A stretch of 62,151 bases of DNA, the filler included, from Polymyxa betae A26-41 (lineage: Eukaryota; Protista; Endomyxa: Phytomyxea): the NCBI GenBank assembly GCA_003693705.1. It is 4 parts of 4 records of this genome, joined end to end, with 100 filler letters (N's around TTAATTAATTAA, not from the genome) between each part and the next. Parts side by side here need not be neighbours in the genome. Positions count along the whole stretch, not along the records: positions 1 to 22,687 come from RBZT01000351.1; 3 more parts are not named here. One strand, written 5' to 3'. A program made the position numbers and the translations under genes. Position 1 is the first letter of the stretch. Every line of letters begins with the position of its first letter. Under the pieces are notes generated by a model that saw only the letters and a program-made list of their open reading frames with translations, did not search any database and was not told where the DNA came from. Positions 1 to 11,681 of the stretch are shown here, one piece after another.

Positions 1-370
1 ATCGTGGCGGAAGCGGCTTGTTTAAAAAAAAGATTGAAAGAGAGGAAACGTTTGGCAGCGGGAATTGAAAAAACGGTTTCGGACTTTGCGAGGATTGCGG
101 CCGTCTGCAGCACAATTTTCTCAACAAGGTCCGATGCGATCCGACGCCCATCTCGGAGCCATTCCAGCATCAGCAGCACAAACTCGCGGGAGATCTCGCC
201 CTCGGTCCATACCGGCTCTGTAACATAAACAGTCCGCATGACCGAGCCGCCCCCATCCATCGCCGGTCGTACTGACCTTCGGCCGGACCGGAACCAGACA
301 CGGATTGTTCGTCAACGGTGGTAAAACCAACCCTAATTCCCGGTCGTCTGCACGCAAAATCAACTTCACG
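1..370 (-). CDS. PP5/PPEF-type Ser/Thr protein phosphatase, partial (runs off the left edge)
   Basis: Spliced minus-strand reading ...VDEQSVSGSGPAE|EPVWTEGEISREFVLLMLEWLRDGRRIASDLVEKIVLQTAAILAKSETVFSIP resembles the segment preceding the PP5 catalytic domain. GT-AG introns at ~219-275 and ~18-50. Catalytic motifs lie outside the window. Confidence 0.5.
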
Positions 371-701
371 TGACTGAATGTACCACGGACACAGGTGACG
401 AAGCCCCCAGAAGAGCGCAGTCACATTCGTCAAATTTGATTAAGTGGACACACATTCACGCTATCAAGAAGTTTGCGCGCCAAGACGCTCGTCAAGGACA
501 TGCCACGAGTCAGGATTCTAGGGTTCAGGGTTGATGGTGCCATAAAAAATGTTCCATTGGTTATGTGGAAAATCCAGACTTCTTACAAATATTTATTTTT
601 TACTTCTACTGACACATTTGAACCAGCTGATCGCAATTGTAAAATTCATTCGATATCTGAATTCAAGCTTAACCAGCCATTAAAGGTTTATTTCAAAGAG
701 A

Positions 702-3700
702 TTAACTTCCACGAGGATAGGGTTTTCGGATGTCCTCGCTCTGACATGGACGGCAAAAACCTTTGTTTTGATGATCCTGTTGGTAGATGGACAGTTTAGG
801 CTGGCTATTCTCAACACTCTTAAAAGCATTAAACACTGCAGCATTTGCACGTTGTGCTGACGGATCTTCTTGAAATCGGTCCAAGAAAGGTTTTGTTTTC
901 TCATGATTGAGAACGATAGGAATGAATGACTTCCCTTTTTTGATAGTGAGATTATCAGCAGGGGTAGGGATGTTTATAGAACAGCATTTGGCGCAGCGAG
1001 GAATGGTTGTTAGCCGCCAATTAGTGCCTGTTCGAGGTCGAGGTGGATTTAGTTTTGTTGAATAGAACATCAATATCCGCGAGTTGTATTTGGAGGCCAT
1101 TTGTAAACATCCATCTTCTGCACATCGACCTATGGCGTTATTGCCGTCGCGTTCAGCATTTTCATCATATAAATGATGAATATCTTTTCTGATAGCTTCT
1201 GGAATCCTATACTCATCTCGAACAACAATGTTTCTCTTAGCACATTCGCCACGAAATTTCGCCCAATCATGCTTCTTGCACTTTTTCAGAATAGATTGAC
1301 GAAGTGAGTCATTGAAATCGATATAGATCATCCCATCGTCACCAATTCCCATAGAAACCACATTTGGTTGATGACGCATCTTATTCAAAAGTTTTTGGGG
1401 TTCATCGGACTTTGAGATCACATCGGCGACCATTGTCATTGCAAAATCATGCAATTTCATCATATTGAGCTCTAGATAGGCAGATACGTCATTTGCAGAA
1501 ATCTTTGGAGCACCAGAATCATCTCGATTGACAAGAGTCGGCAACTCTTCAGCGATCGCTTCCATAAACCGTTTATGGTCGAACTTGTAATCAAGTTCTT
1601 TTTCAATAATCTTGAAACAATCGTGAATCTGACTTAAAAAAATTAATGTCAGAAGTTTTTCACACATTAGGAGCATTTCTACATACTGAAACATTCTCTT
1701 CTTTTGTTTGTTCCTTAAAAACTTCAGGTTCCTTTTCACAGTTTTTGGATTTGTGAAAACATTTAGGCTCTTTCGTTTTGTGAACAGATTCAGGTTCTTT
1801 CTGACCCTGTTTCGTTTTGTGAGCACTTTCAGGTTCTTTTTCTTTGGTTTTCGTCTGATATTTCTCCTTCGTTTCAGTCGATTGGTCCACAGTCTTCGAT
1901 TTAAACTTGCTGTGAGCATCTTTGTGCTTCTCAGATTGACGTGTTTGCTCAGATTGCGTAATGGGTTCTTCATGAATCGATTGTTGGTGTTGATGGACGC
2001 TCTTCGACTTTTGATGTTTTTCCGCAAGGTTCGATTTCGTGTTTGGCTGCTTCTGCACGTCGACAGAATCAGGCTCATGCATCACATTTTTCTGCTCTTC
2101 ATGCCGTTTTTTGTACCGAGGGCGAGCGTCCTTGTGGTGAGGGATGTTTTGACCATCGTGACGCCTTTCGGGCTGGTTCTTCGCATTTCTGTGAGCTGTT
2201 GAATCGGATTGACGAACTGGTTCGATTTATATCCCGTGATATCCGCGAGTTCTTGAATGCTGTCTTTGAGCTGCTGATGTCTTTCGGGTGCTAGAGGTTT
2301 GCATGTCTGAGTTTCTGCATCAAGCGGACGGTCGTGTTCGAGTTGTATTTCAACACTTCTTTCCACTCTTCGGCCCTGATCGCGACGTCGTCGTTGCCAC
2401 TGATTTCGATTCGCTCCATTGTCTCGCGCAGCATTGGGATTACTACCTGGTAATGTACAGCCGTCCTTTCGCTCTCCATCCGGACCAATAGAAACGGCAT
2501 TTCGAGTAACCGGATCCCGATATCGATGTGTTAGATCACCGGAGCTGCTTCTGTAATGAGAGATGTCTTCAGGGAAATCCACAGATTCAACTGTGTTTAG
2601 GTTTCGCTTGACGCGGACTCCCTCAGGATACGTCAACACAGTTGTGCCATCGGAACTGTGCTCATAGCGTCTCCCATCATGATAAATGATGACTTCAACT
2701 CCGTCTTTCATAAACGATCGAGGAGCCGTATCAGAAGACAGGGATCCGTCCGGTTTCACAGCAAACTTATTCTTAGAACGCTTGTTACATAGGAGTAGGG
2801 TTCCATCTGGACATTGTGTCATGATTTCGCCTTTAGGATTCGTTAGGACGACAGTGCCGTCAGAATGTCGAATACTTCGTGTCCCATCTTGGTACTGGGC
2901 GACAGAAAGCCCAGTATTGGATCATTTCAGAAAGGTTCCATCAGAGAGATTAAATTTGTTCGGAGTAGCGAGTTCCCCAGAAGGTTTCTCCCAAGAGCCA
3001 TCGGGTCTTTGAGAAGCAACAGATTTACGATTACGCTGCTGGTTATTTGATTTCAGCGACGCTTTCAACGATTTTCGATCCGATCCGCCCCTCTTTCTGT
3101 GTTTGTCGCGGGCTCGACTGGCATTGTTCGGTGAGGGCACGACGTTCGTCTGATGCTTACGAAGATTGGGCTTTCTAGACGATGCTTCATCAGTGTCTTT
3201 CTTAGTGCTGCTTTTATTCCTTGGAAGAGGGACTGAACCTGTAAAGAGACGTTAACGACCCAACTTTCAATCGACTACAATAATACCATGATCAGCATCA
3301 GTAGCGGGGCCTCTATGATTGTTATCAGCAGATTTCTTCGATTTCTCATCATGTCCTGAAATATAATTACGAGCCGCAAAACTTTGTAAAAAATACCGCA
3401 ATACCATCAGAAGCCGGGCCACTCTGATTGTTATCATCAGGTTTCTTCAACTTCTCATCCTGTCCTGAAACATAATTAAGAGGCGCAAAACTTTGTCAAA
3501 AGTCCCGCAATACCATGGTGTCATCGATAGCGGGACCTCTCTGAGTTTTATCAGCAGGTTCCTTGGTTTTGTTTTCATGATCTGTAATAAAATTAATTGC
3601 CGCAAAAACGTGGTGAAAAGAACCGTAATACCACTGTTAGAATCGATAGCGGGGCCTCTATGAGTTTGATCAGAAGGTTCCTTGGTTTTGTTTTCATGAA

Positions 3701-4600
3701 CTGTAATAACCGCAAAAACGAGGTGAAAAGGACCGTGATACCATTGTTAGAATCGATAGCGGAGCCTCTCTGAGATTCATCAGAACGTTTTTTGGTTTTG
3801 TCATCGTGATCTAAGAAAATTATGAGCCGTGAAACGAGGTGAAGAGTACCGCAATACCATTGTTAGAATCGATAGAAGGGCCTCTCTGAGTTTCATCAGC
3901 AGGATTCTTTGTTGGCTCATCATGACCTGTAACAACATCAAAAGCCGCAAAACGAAGTGAAAAGTACCGCAATACCATTGTTAGCATCGGTAGCGGGCTC
4001 TCTCTGATGGTCAGCCGCACAATTGTTGCCCTTATGTAATATCTTGTGCTTTGCATCATTTCTGGCGCAATTACTTGCTGTTTATTTGTCCAAATTGATG
4101 GGAGGTTCATTCATGCCACGTTGCACAGAGTTATCACGGCATCCTGAAATTGAACTTTAGAATGGATGAGATGTAACATGAAAGAAGAGACCTTTGGAAG
4201 GATCAGCGGTCGGGATGTGCATTCCGCCATCATCGTGCTTGTTATCATTGTAGCCTCCGATACCTTCATTGCACATTTTTCTGGATTGACGAGGTTAAAG
4301 TATCATGTTATATTGGCCATTATTTGTGACAAAGTTCTTCTGCGGCCATGAAGAGAGAATATGTCCGCTAATCAAGTCGTTATTTGGAGACGAACGATTG
4401 AGGCTCAGTGGTATTTGTCTTAAACGAAAAGTGGCCTCTGTGATATCAGATATTGGATTTCCACTCGAGATAGTTATTGCGTTACTAAATGAGAGATAGA
4501 GACAAGAGATTGAGCAGATGATAACTCGCTTGGTTTTAAAATAGAAATGTAAATGGATTTGTTCAAGCAGGCATTCCGCTTGGGGCGATTCGTTGGCCAA
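702..4600 (-). pseudogene. Large multi-exon repeat protein gene (hydrophobic N-terminus, duplicated micro-exons, PDG repeats, K/E-rich repeats, C-terminal globular domain), frameshifted
   Basis: Colinear minus-strand ORF pieces (4295-4600, exons 3287-4143, 2082-2822/2291-2500, 1660-2085, 702-1630) joined by GT-AG introns and frameshifts. Frameshifts could be sequencing errors. The start codon is uncertain. Confidence 0.55.
3239..4015 (-). repeat. Tandem array of ~117-bp exon+intron units
   Basis: Exons 3287-3355, 3405-3464, 3514-3581, 3632-3700, 3742-3810, 3858-3926 (69, 60, 68, 69, 69, 69 nt). They are separated by 41-50 nt GTAT(T/C)...AG introns, most of them mutually similar. Confidence 0.85.
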
Positions 4601-5248
4601 TGGTAGTCGGTATGAGGTCGTACGTCTAGTTCGTTACATCGGATGGTCTTCCCTTGGTAACGTAACATGGATAGGGAAAGGACAAAGGAGCCCTACTACC
4701 ATTAGAGAATGCATTAGATAGAACTAACTACATGTCTGATTTATTAGAAGGGTCTCATGCCCTATTAAAACTGTCCGATCGATAGCTGGCGATCTGACTG
4801 AGTCTGTCATCTCCAACAAGATTTCCGTGATCAACGGATGAGAAACGTAAACCAATTGATTGACACGTAATACCACTGCATTTCTGGGCTATGAAGCCTA
4901 TAAGAAGGGTCACTGTCTGCCTCGGCTTCATCAATCTTCGGTTTCTGATAATCTGCTATGTTCGATCATACATCATTATATTGAATACAATCATTATAAA
5001 ATCCAGTTTATCGATTTGAACCCGATAATAGTCGAGATTTTGATCCAAAATAGGCATCTTCAAGCATTTGCAGACAGATATATCTTCATAGGCCGCAGTT
5101 TTCCAATTATTACATTCATACGGTATTGCTAAAGCATTGCATTTATGTGTTCGTCCCAGGAAAAAAATGGCTGTCTCACAAGTTAATAGATGTTAAGCCC
5201 TGGAGATACCTGGAACCTATCACTATCAATATGGAGTGTAAGACTCAA
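4270..5248. repeat. Segmental duplicate of 8040-10465 (the second copy is interrupted by insertions)
   Basis: Colinear direct similarity, e.g. ...catgtctgatttattag... and ...aatatggagtgtaagactcaatgt in both copies. Confidence 0.8.
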
Positions 5249-5464
5249 TGTGGTGCCACCACAAACCCTAAACCCTAGAACCCTTGGTCGTGAACCAGCA
5301 AGTCGAGACTGGACCGCAGCCATCCTAATCCTGTTGCTGCACTGTGACTGTGTGCTAGGGTCACGTGTTCTTGTCCTGTTTCTCTTTTCTTTTCATTCCA
5401 CTTTCTAATACAGAGCGAGGTCTCATCGGATCGATTCTTCGCCTCTTTCTCACTTAGCACAACA
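5249..5464 (+). mobile_element. Solo LTR with 5' hairpin and telomere repeats
   Basis: TG...CA ends, flanks ctcaa/gtcaa (5-bp TSD, 1 mismatch), empty site in the paralog at ~10460. Starts tgtggtg-c-caccaca followed by aaccctaaaccctag. Confidence 0.7.
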
Positions 5465-5600
5465 GTCAATGTTCGCTATCGCGATGTCATTTCAAAAACT
5501 TGAACAAATGATCGACACTGTATTCAACAAATAGGAAAAGTTTATGTATATTGTGATATGATGAACTCTGAGATTGATATCATTGAATGACTTTCATTAT

Positions 5601-7822
5601 TCAGTTGAGAGAATCACTAACTGGTATCATGAACTTTTCAATATCTGTTGGCAGAAGATTTGCGATTGAACATTGAAGCTTTGAGAATGTTGTCAATTCC
5701 TCTGATATTACTTCATCAAACATTTCGATAAGAAAATCGAAATATTGTTGCGCTTTGTCTTTACCAGAACAATCGCTACCGTAAGGTCGCATTCTTAATT
5801 CAAAGATCGCGTTTTGAGTAGTTTGATGTTGTTCAATATGAATATCATGAAGATATTCATACAGAGCCTGAACAACACAAAGACCTCGTCGAAGCATTTC
5901 TTCACGTTTGTAAAAGAGCCGCTTGAACGAATGTTTGGCTTCTTGAAATCGATCCGGAGTATCGACCAGAGACACGCTGATCTTCGATATAAGTTGATGA
6001 TCAGTAAACTTTCTATACATATAACGATATGGTTCGATATCAACGCCTTCTTCAACATGAGCCAAAATATATTCTTGAATTTCAATATAATCTATAAAGC
6101 GACAGTTTGTCAGATGTTGTTGAAAGAATCGAAGTCCTCTTTGTTCACAGAAATGTTTCAAAATATGGAAATTCTTAGTCGTGTTCAGATCACACGACAT
6201 CCAGTTTGATTCAGCTTTGGTGATGAATGGATAATCTGGGTCCTCCCATAAAGGATATTCAGGAGGATAACACGGAGAGGAATTTTGATACGTTTTATAT
6301 CCAGTCGGGAATTGAATATCTTCTCGTTTTGGGAATTGAGGGAATATTTCATCTATAAGATCGAGGAGAACGTTTAAGCGAAGTTCTGGTGACAGTTTAC
6401 AGAATAGAAGGACACGGATCACATCATAACGATCATACATCCATCCATCTGTACCATTAATACTTTCATTTTCATATTCAAACTCATAATCAGAATCATT
6501 ATCTTCTGAAATATCTTCATGATCTGAATTATGATCTTCAAATTCAGGATCATTTTGCTGAGATACATCGTCGTATGGATCTTCTGGATTCCTGAGAAGG
6601 GATGGAGCACACAACAGAACGTATTCTCGAAAGAATTCAAATTGATGATTCTCCAGAGCGATCTTCATCACATCGCTGTTAAAGAACATTCCTCCAAATT
6701 TCAACTTGAACATCTGTAGCCACTCCATATCACCAGATCGTGTGGCCTCCTTCAGTCTGCCACCAGAATCCAACTCACGGTATTCATCTCTATTCACACC
6801 TCCTGGGAACATAAAGCCTATAGATCATGTAATGACACAACTCAAGAGAGTGAAGATGATCAGAATACGGCCAACGAAGGCTACTATTAAATTGACCTAC
6901 GATTGCTCTACGCTCTGCGGATTGATCTACTCCGCGCACTTTTGATTTTGCTCTACTAATTGATCTATTTTCACGGAAATGATCTACAAAATGATCTACT
7001 TCCTTGGAAATGATCTATTTTTGACCTACTCCACGGACAGTTATCTGCGACCTACAAAATGATCTACTATCGCCAATTTGATCTACAAATTGATCTACTA
7101 AACCCTAACCCTAACATAATTTGGGATAGAGTACCATTAACTCAAGGCTGTTTTCGGTCGTCATTTATTATGTGTCAATTGATGTTTCAACCCTTGGTCT
7201 CCTATTTTGATTATGGTCAGACTCAGACAGAAGACTCAACATTCCACGACCAACCGTGAAACTCTGCGAAGTTCGTCCCTGCGAGAGCGTGCATTGATCT
7301 GAGCTGTCCGGGTGCGTTTGTTACCACGTGCAAAGTTTGATCTACGGATGCGATCTTGTGCCCTGGTATTGGGCCGCTAATGTGACAATTTAAGTCAGCC
7401 AATCGAATGATACTATTATTTCACAGAATTAATCTCTCTGTGCGAAGAGGTTGTTGTTCACAAACTGGGCAACCATTGGATCCTGCTGCAACATTTCTTG
7501 ATGGTTCATAATCTAATTTCAATGAACCAGGCACTCACATCCATTCAAATTTACAAAGCTTGTATTAGGGTTTAGGGTTTAGTAGATCAATTTGGATCAA
7601 ATTGGTGATTGTAGATCAATTAGCAGGTCGCAATTAACTGTCCGTGGAGTAAGGTCAAAAATAGATCATTTTCGAGAAAGTAGATCATTTTGTAGGTCAA
7701 TTGTCTGATTTCCGTCAAAATAGATCAATTTATAGAGCAATTAAAAAGTGCGCGGAGTAGATCAATCCGTAGAGCGTAGAGCAATCGTAGGTCAATTTAA
7801 ATTTTCCCCCAACGAAGACCAT
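5601..7822 (-). pseudogene. Putative secreted ~430-aa protein (effector-like), signal-peptide region disrupted
   Basis: 403-aa ORF at 5601-6812. The upstream hydrophobic leader carries a TGA stop. The ATG (7820-7822) is separated from it by the 6880-7808 insertion. Paralog at 17809-19357. Confidence 0.7.
6880..7808. mobile_element. Non-autonomous Mutator-like foldback element
   Basis: 9-bp TSD CCAACGAAG (6871-6879, 7809-7817). ~230-bp TIRs made of GATCTAC/GATCTAT subrepeats, ending internally in telomere repeats. Confidence 0.85.
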
Positions 7823-8522
7823 CGACAGACTCGGTGTCTCTGCCTCGCATTTACATCCAAGACAGTGTGCTACACAGATGTGCGCGCACTTTTCCCCATT
7901 TTTTGAAACCGAGATCGACAGCCATTTTTCAACAGGAAATTCCAATGCTTGAATGCTCTCACTGTTGATATCACAACATTATCATGCGATGAAATCACGT
8001 CATAGTATTGCAATCTGTTGAAATAGATCACATTTTTCGGGCAAATTTCTGCATTGACGAGGCTTACGTAACATGTTATATTGCCCATTATTTGTGACCG
8101 AGCTAACACCGTTAACCAAGTCGTAGTGAGGAGACGCATGATTGAGGCTTTGTAGCATCTGAAAAGTGGCCTCTGTGAATACTGTGTTATTGGAAATTGG
8201 AATTCCATTCGAACGCATTATTGCGCTACTAAGAGAGAGAGATAGACATAAGAGATTGAACAGATGATACCTCGCTTTGTATTAGATAGGAATGTAAATG
8301 GGGCTGTACTAGAAGGATTTCCGCTTCGGCCGATTCGTTGGCCACTGGTAGTCGGTATGGGGTTGTACGTCAAGTTCGTTACATCGGATCATTACTTGAG
8401 CATTGATCACAGATTTGAGTGATGACTCGGGAGTGGACAAATTCATATTAAACTCGTCAATATATTCCAAGAACAAGTTAGGAATATCCTCCATCGCGAC
8501 CTGGTTTCGGTTTCGTTCATGG

Positions 8523-8823
8523 TGTGGTGCTTCAAAGAGACAAAGACACAGAAAGGTGAGCGGAATGAGACCTTCCGTGTGTATTCGAAAATACCGTGTG
8601 TATTCGAAAATAAGAATGAATCAAAAAGGGAGAGAGAGAATCACAGGAGCAACAGCAAACTAATAGAGGCTACAGACGTCACTGTCTTGTCAGCGGACAA
8701 GACAGTGCGCGATGGCCATGTCAGGAGGCCGCGGCTAGTCTTGAACGACCACGGCGTGAGACTGGTCGCAAACCACCGCAACCGTTACTTCGGGAGGCCG
8801 CGCAATGCTGTCGGGGCACGACA
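8523..8823 (-). mobile_element. Solo LTR related to 5249-5464
   Basis: TG...CA ends, flanks catgg/cacgg, terminal imperfect hairpin tgtcg-gggca-cgaca. Similar to the reverse complement of 5380-5464. Confidence 0.6.
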
Positions 8824-9016
8824 CACGGTTTCTCGGGGTCACCCCACTAGTTTCATCTTAAGAAAGTTTGCAGCCTAATCTCCATACCAGTTATTATGAT
8901 CGGCAGGGTGGGTCGTTTCCCATGGTAACGTAACATGGATAGGGAAGGGACAGAAAAGCCCTACTGCCATGAGACAATGCGTTAGATGGGACTAGGTAAC
9001 TACATGTCTGATTTAC

Positions 9017-9946
9017 CAGGGATGCCGAATAAATAATTCACCTTCATGAATAAGTCATCAAAATAAATTATTCCGAGCCAAATCCAGAGGCAAGGAATTA
9101 AAAAATTTATTTCCAGATAGGAATAAATTAAAGTTTTTATTCCGTGATACAGTAAGAATAAATAAACAGAATTTATTCCTTCTGAGTGAATAAGTTATTT
9201 TGCGGAAGAAAACAATATTCCTGAAAATTATTCCTGTTTATTCTATATCAGAATGGTGAACTTCGATGGTCCAAACTCAAAAGGTGCCGGCTTACTATTA
9301 GAAACAATTGTATTACAAGATTTGGAGGAAGCAAGCTCTTCTTATGGTCAGGTAACGCCAATTTGGACATACTATAAACCCTTTCACACATATTTGTAAG
9401 TCATTGCAGCGTGAAGTACTCGGATACGGTAATTGGAATAATTATTCTTTATTCCAGACTTATTTATTTTACCTCTCAGGTGCTGAAAGAATAAGTTATT
9501 TCCGAAGGCTGCGCATGCGGAATAATTCTATTCTGCAGCAAACCGGGAGGAATAAATTATTCCTGACGCATTTCCCAGGAAATATATAATGAATATTTAT
9601 TTCGGCATTGTAATGATCACTCTAATGGAAGTCGGCAGACGGTGTCAAGCGGAATTGAACCACACTTTTATTTCCAAAAGATTAATAATAAAAAGGTCTC
9701 ATAAACAGGACAGGTCAGGACAGGTCAGGGGCTGCGCTAACGTCGCTTAATAGAAGCGGCACTTGCGTACAGGACGTACTGGACCGCTGCCGGTCAAAGC
9801 AGCTGTCTTGAAAGGAGCGGCCTCCCGGGCGGGTTGCGCCGGAGTGGCATCTTCATCTGTTTTGAGAGGCTGCGCCTCTCCGACTTCGTCAGTTAGGGTT
9901 TTAGGGTTTAGGGTTTTGATGTCGTGTGACACGACAGGCATCCCTG
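9017..9946. mobile_element. hAT-like non-autonomous element with a solo LTR inserted in its right TIR
   Basis: TIRs cagggatgcc...ggcatccctg, 8-bp TSD tgatttac/tgatttat, empty site at ~4737, many aataaattattcc-type subterminal repeats. Confidence 0.8.
9609..9936 (-). mobile_element. Solo LTR with terminal hairpin and telomere repeats
   Basis: TG...CA ends, exact 5-bp TSD GGCAT, hairpin tgtcgtgt-g-acacgaca, three (T)TTAGGG units at 9892-9917, AATAAA on the minus strand at 9667-9672. Confidence 0.85.
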
Positions 9947-10464
9947 TGATTTATTAGGTGGGTCTCCTGCCCCGTTAGTACAGTATGATGATAGCCGGCG
10001 ATCTCACTGAGTCTGCCATCTCCAACAAGATTTCCATGGTCAGCGGATGAGAAACGTAAACCCATTGATTGGCACGTAAGTAATACCACTGCATTTCTGG
10101 TCTATGAAGCCAATTAGAAAGGTCCCTGTCTGTCTCGGCTTCATCAATCTTCGGATTCTGATTATCGGCTGGGTTCGATCATAATCATGTTATTGAATAA
10201 AATCATCATAAAATCATCAGGTTATGAATTTGAGCCCGATAATAGTCGATATCTTGATCCAAAATAAGCATCCTCAGGCATTGCAGACAGATAGTTCTTA
10301 ATAGACCGCAAATTTCCAAATATTACATTCATACGGTTCTGCCAATTCCTTTAATGTGTTCGTCGCAGGGAGAATTTGGCTATCTCCCAAGTTATTAGAT
10401 GTTCAGCTCTGGAAATATGTACCTGTTATCTGCCACAATCAATATGGAGTGTAAGACTCAATGT

Positions 10465-11078
10465 TTTCTTTGTTTTAAAGGTTTATTTCTCGAATTGACA
10501 CAAAATCTAATTATACAAACTTCTTCATAAAGTTCTTCTGTCAGTTCCTGGGGGTTATTCCGAAAAGTGCTTTGCATGTTTTCGATGCTCTCCGATTGTC
10601 GTCGTTAAGGTCAGTTTGCTCATTTGTTTCTCCTTAGGTCTCTTACAATGCCAGAGATAGTCAAGCGGCAGACCTAATAACTCAATCTTTCAGAAACCAG
10701 CTCTGCGATTCTAGTCGTTTTCTCTGTAATGTTACCATTGTGTATACTCGGCAAATCAGCTGTTTCTCCGCTATACCGAACGACTCTCGTTCTCGAAGGA
10801 GTAGGGACCCTGTGATAAAGTGATCTGAGCGCCAGACGCCATGCCAACCTTCCCAGCTGGCTAGCGAGGAAATGGTAGAATATCAAGTTTGTATTGTTAA
10901 GGATCGAGATGAGAATCAAAGAGACCCATAAGAATCTCCTCTGACAGACATGGGCCGCGCCGCCATGTCATTGATGTAGTTGTAGAGAATCTATATAATA
11001 ATATCCGTACAAAGTAACATTATCGGGCTTATATGGAGATGTCGGTATAAGGAGTGTCGTTATAGAGAGGGAGGACTG
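10465..11078 (-). mobile_element. Internally deleted pogo/Tigger copy
   Basis: 10640-11078 matches 19618-20075 in inverted orientation, including the TIR and TA. 10465-10630 matches the 3' part (~21310-21460). Confidence 0.85.
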
Positions 11079-11338
11079 TACATAGAATTAAAAAGGCGCT
11101 AGAAGGTGGGCCCCTGTGAGGCTATGAGCGGTGCGCGTAAACAGGCCGCGCCAGACGCGCGCGTCTGCACCCGGCGCGGCCTGTGTTCGCGCGCGTCGAA
11201 AACGATTAACCGTATAGAGAGGGAAGGACTGTAACATTAACGGGCTTCTATGAGGTTATCGTTATACAGAGTGTGGCTGAAATTCTCCAAGCTCCCTCAA
11301 GGCTGTAGCCTCCGAAGTTCGTTTGATTAGTAGGAGAG

Positions 11339-11681
11339 TGTCAACAACCCAAACCCTAAAACCCTAGAACCTGTACATGGAGTGGCGCAAAATGGATGAA
11401 GAGGCCGCACCTGCGAAGCCTCCTGAAGATGACGAAGAGGCTGCGCCCGCGCAGCCCGATTTTAAGGCCGCTCACGCCAGCGCAGCTGCTTTGACTGGCA
11501 GCGTCCCAGTACGACCTGTGTGCCAGTGACGCTTCTAAGAAGAGACCTTTGCGCAACCCAGCGACCTGTCCTGACCTGTCCTGTTTCTATGTCCTTTTTT
11601 ATCACTATTCTTTTGGAAATATAGCGTGGTTCAATTCCGCTTGACCACTGTCCGCCGACTTCCTTGAGAGTGATCACCACA
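11339..11681 (+). mobile_element. Solo LTR, same family as 9609-9936 (inverted)
   Basis: TG...CA ends, exact 5-bp TSD GAGAG, aaaccctaaaaccctag near the 5' end, extensive similarity to 9609-9890. Confidence 0.85.

Noticed and set aside
1708-2202. F/R/L-rich 164-aa plus-strand ORF
   Set aside because: Antisense shadow of K/E-rich coding sequence.
3239-4015. CRISPR-like regularly spaced repeats
   Set aside because: Both 'repeats' and 'spacers' are homologous and map to exons and GT-AG introns. The context is eukaryotic with no cas genes.
9892-9917. True chromosome end or telomere fusion site
   Set aside because: Only about three units, located inside a TSD-bounded LTR.
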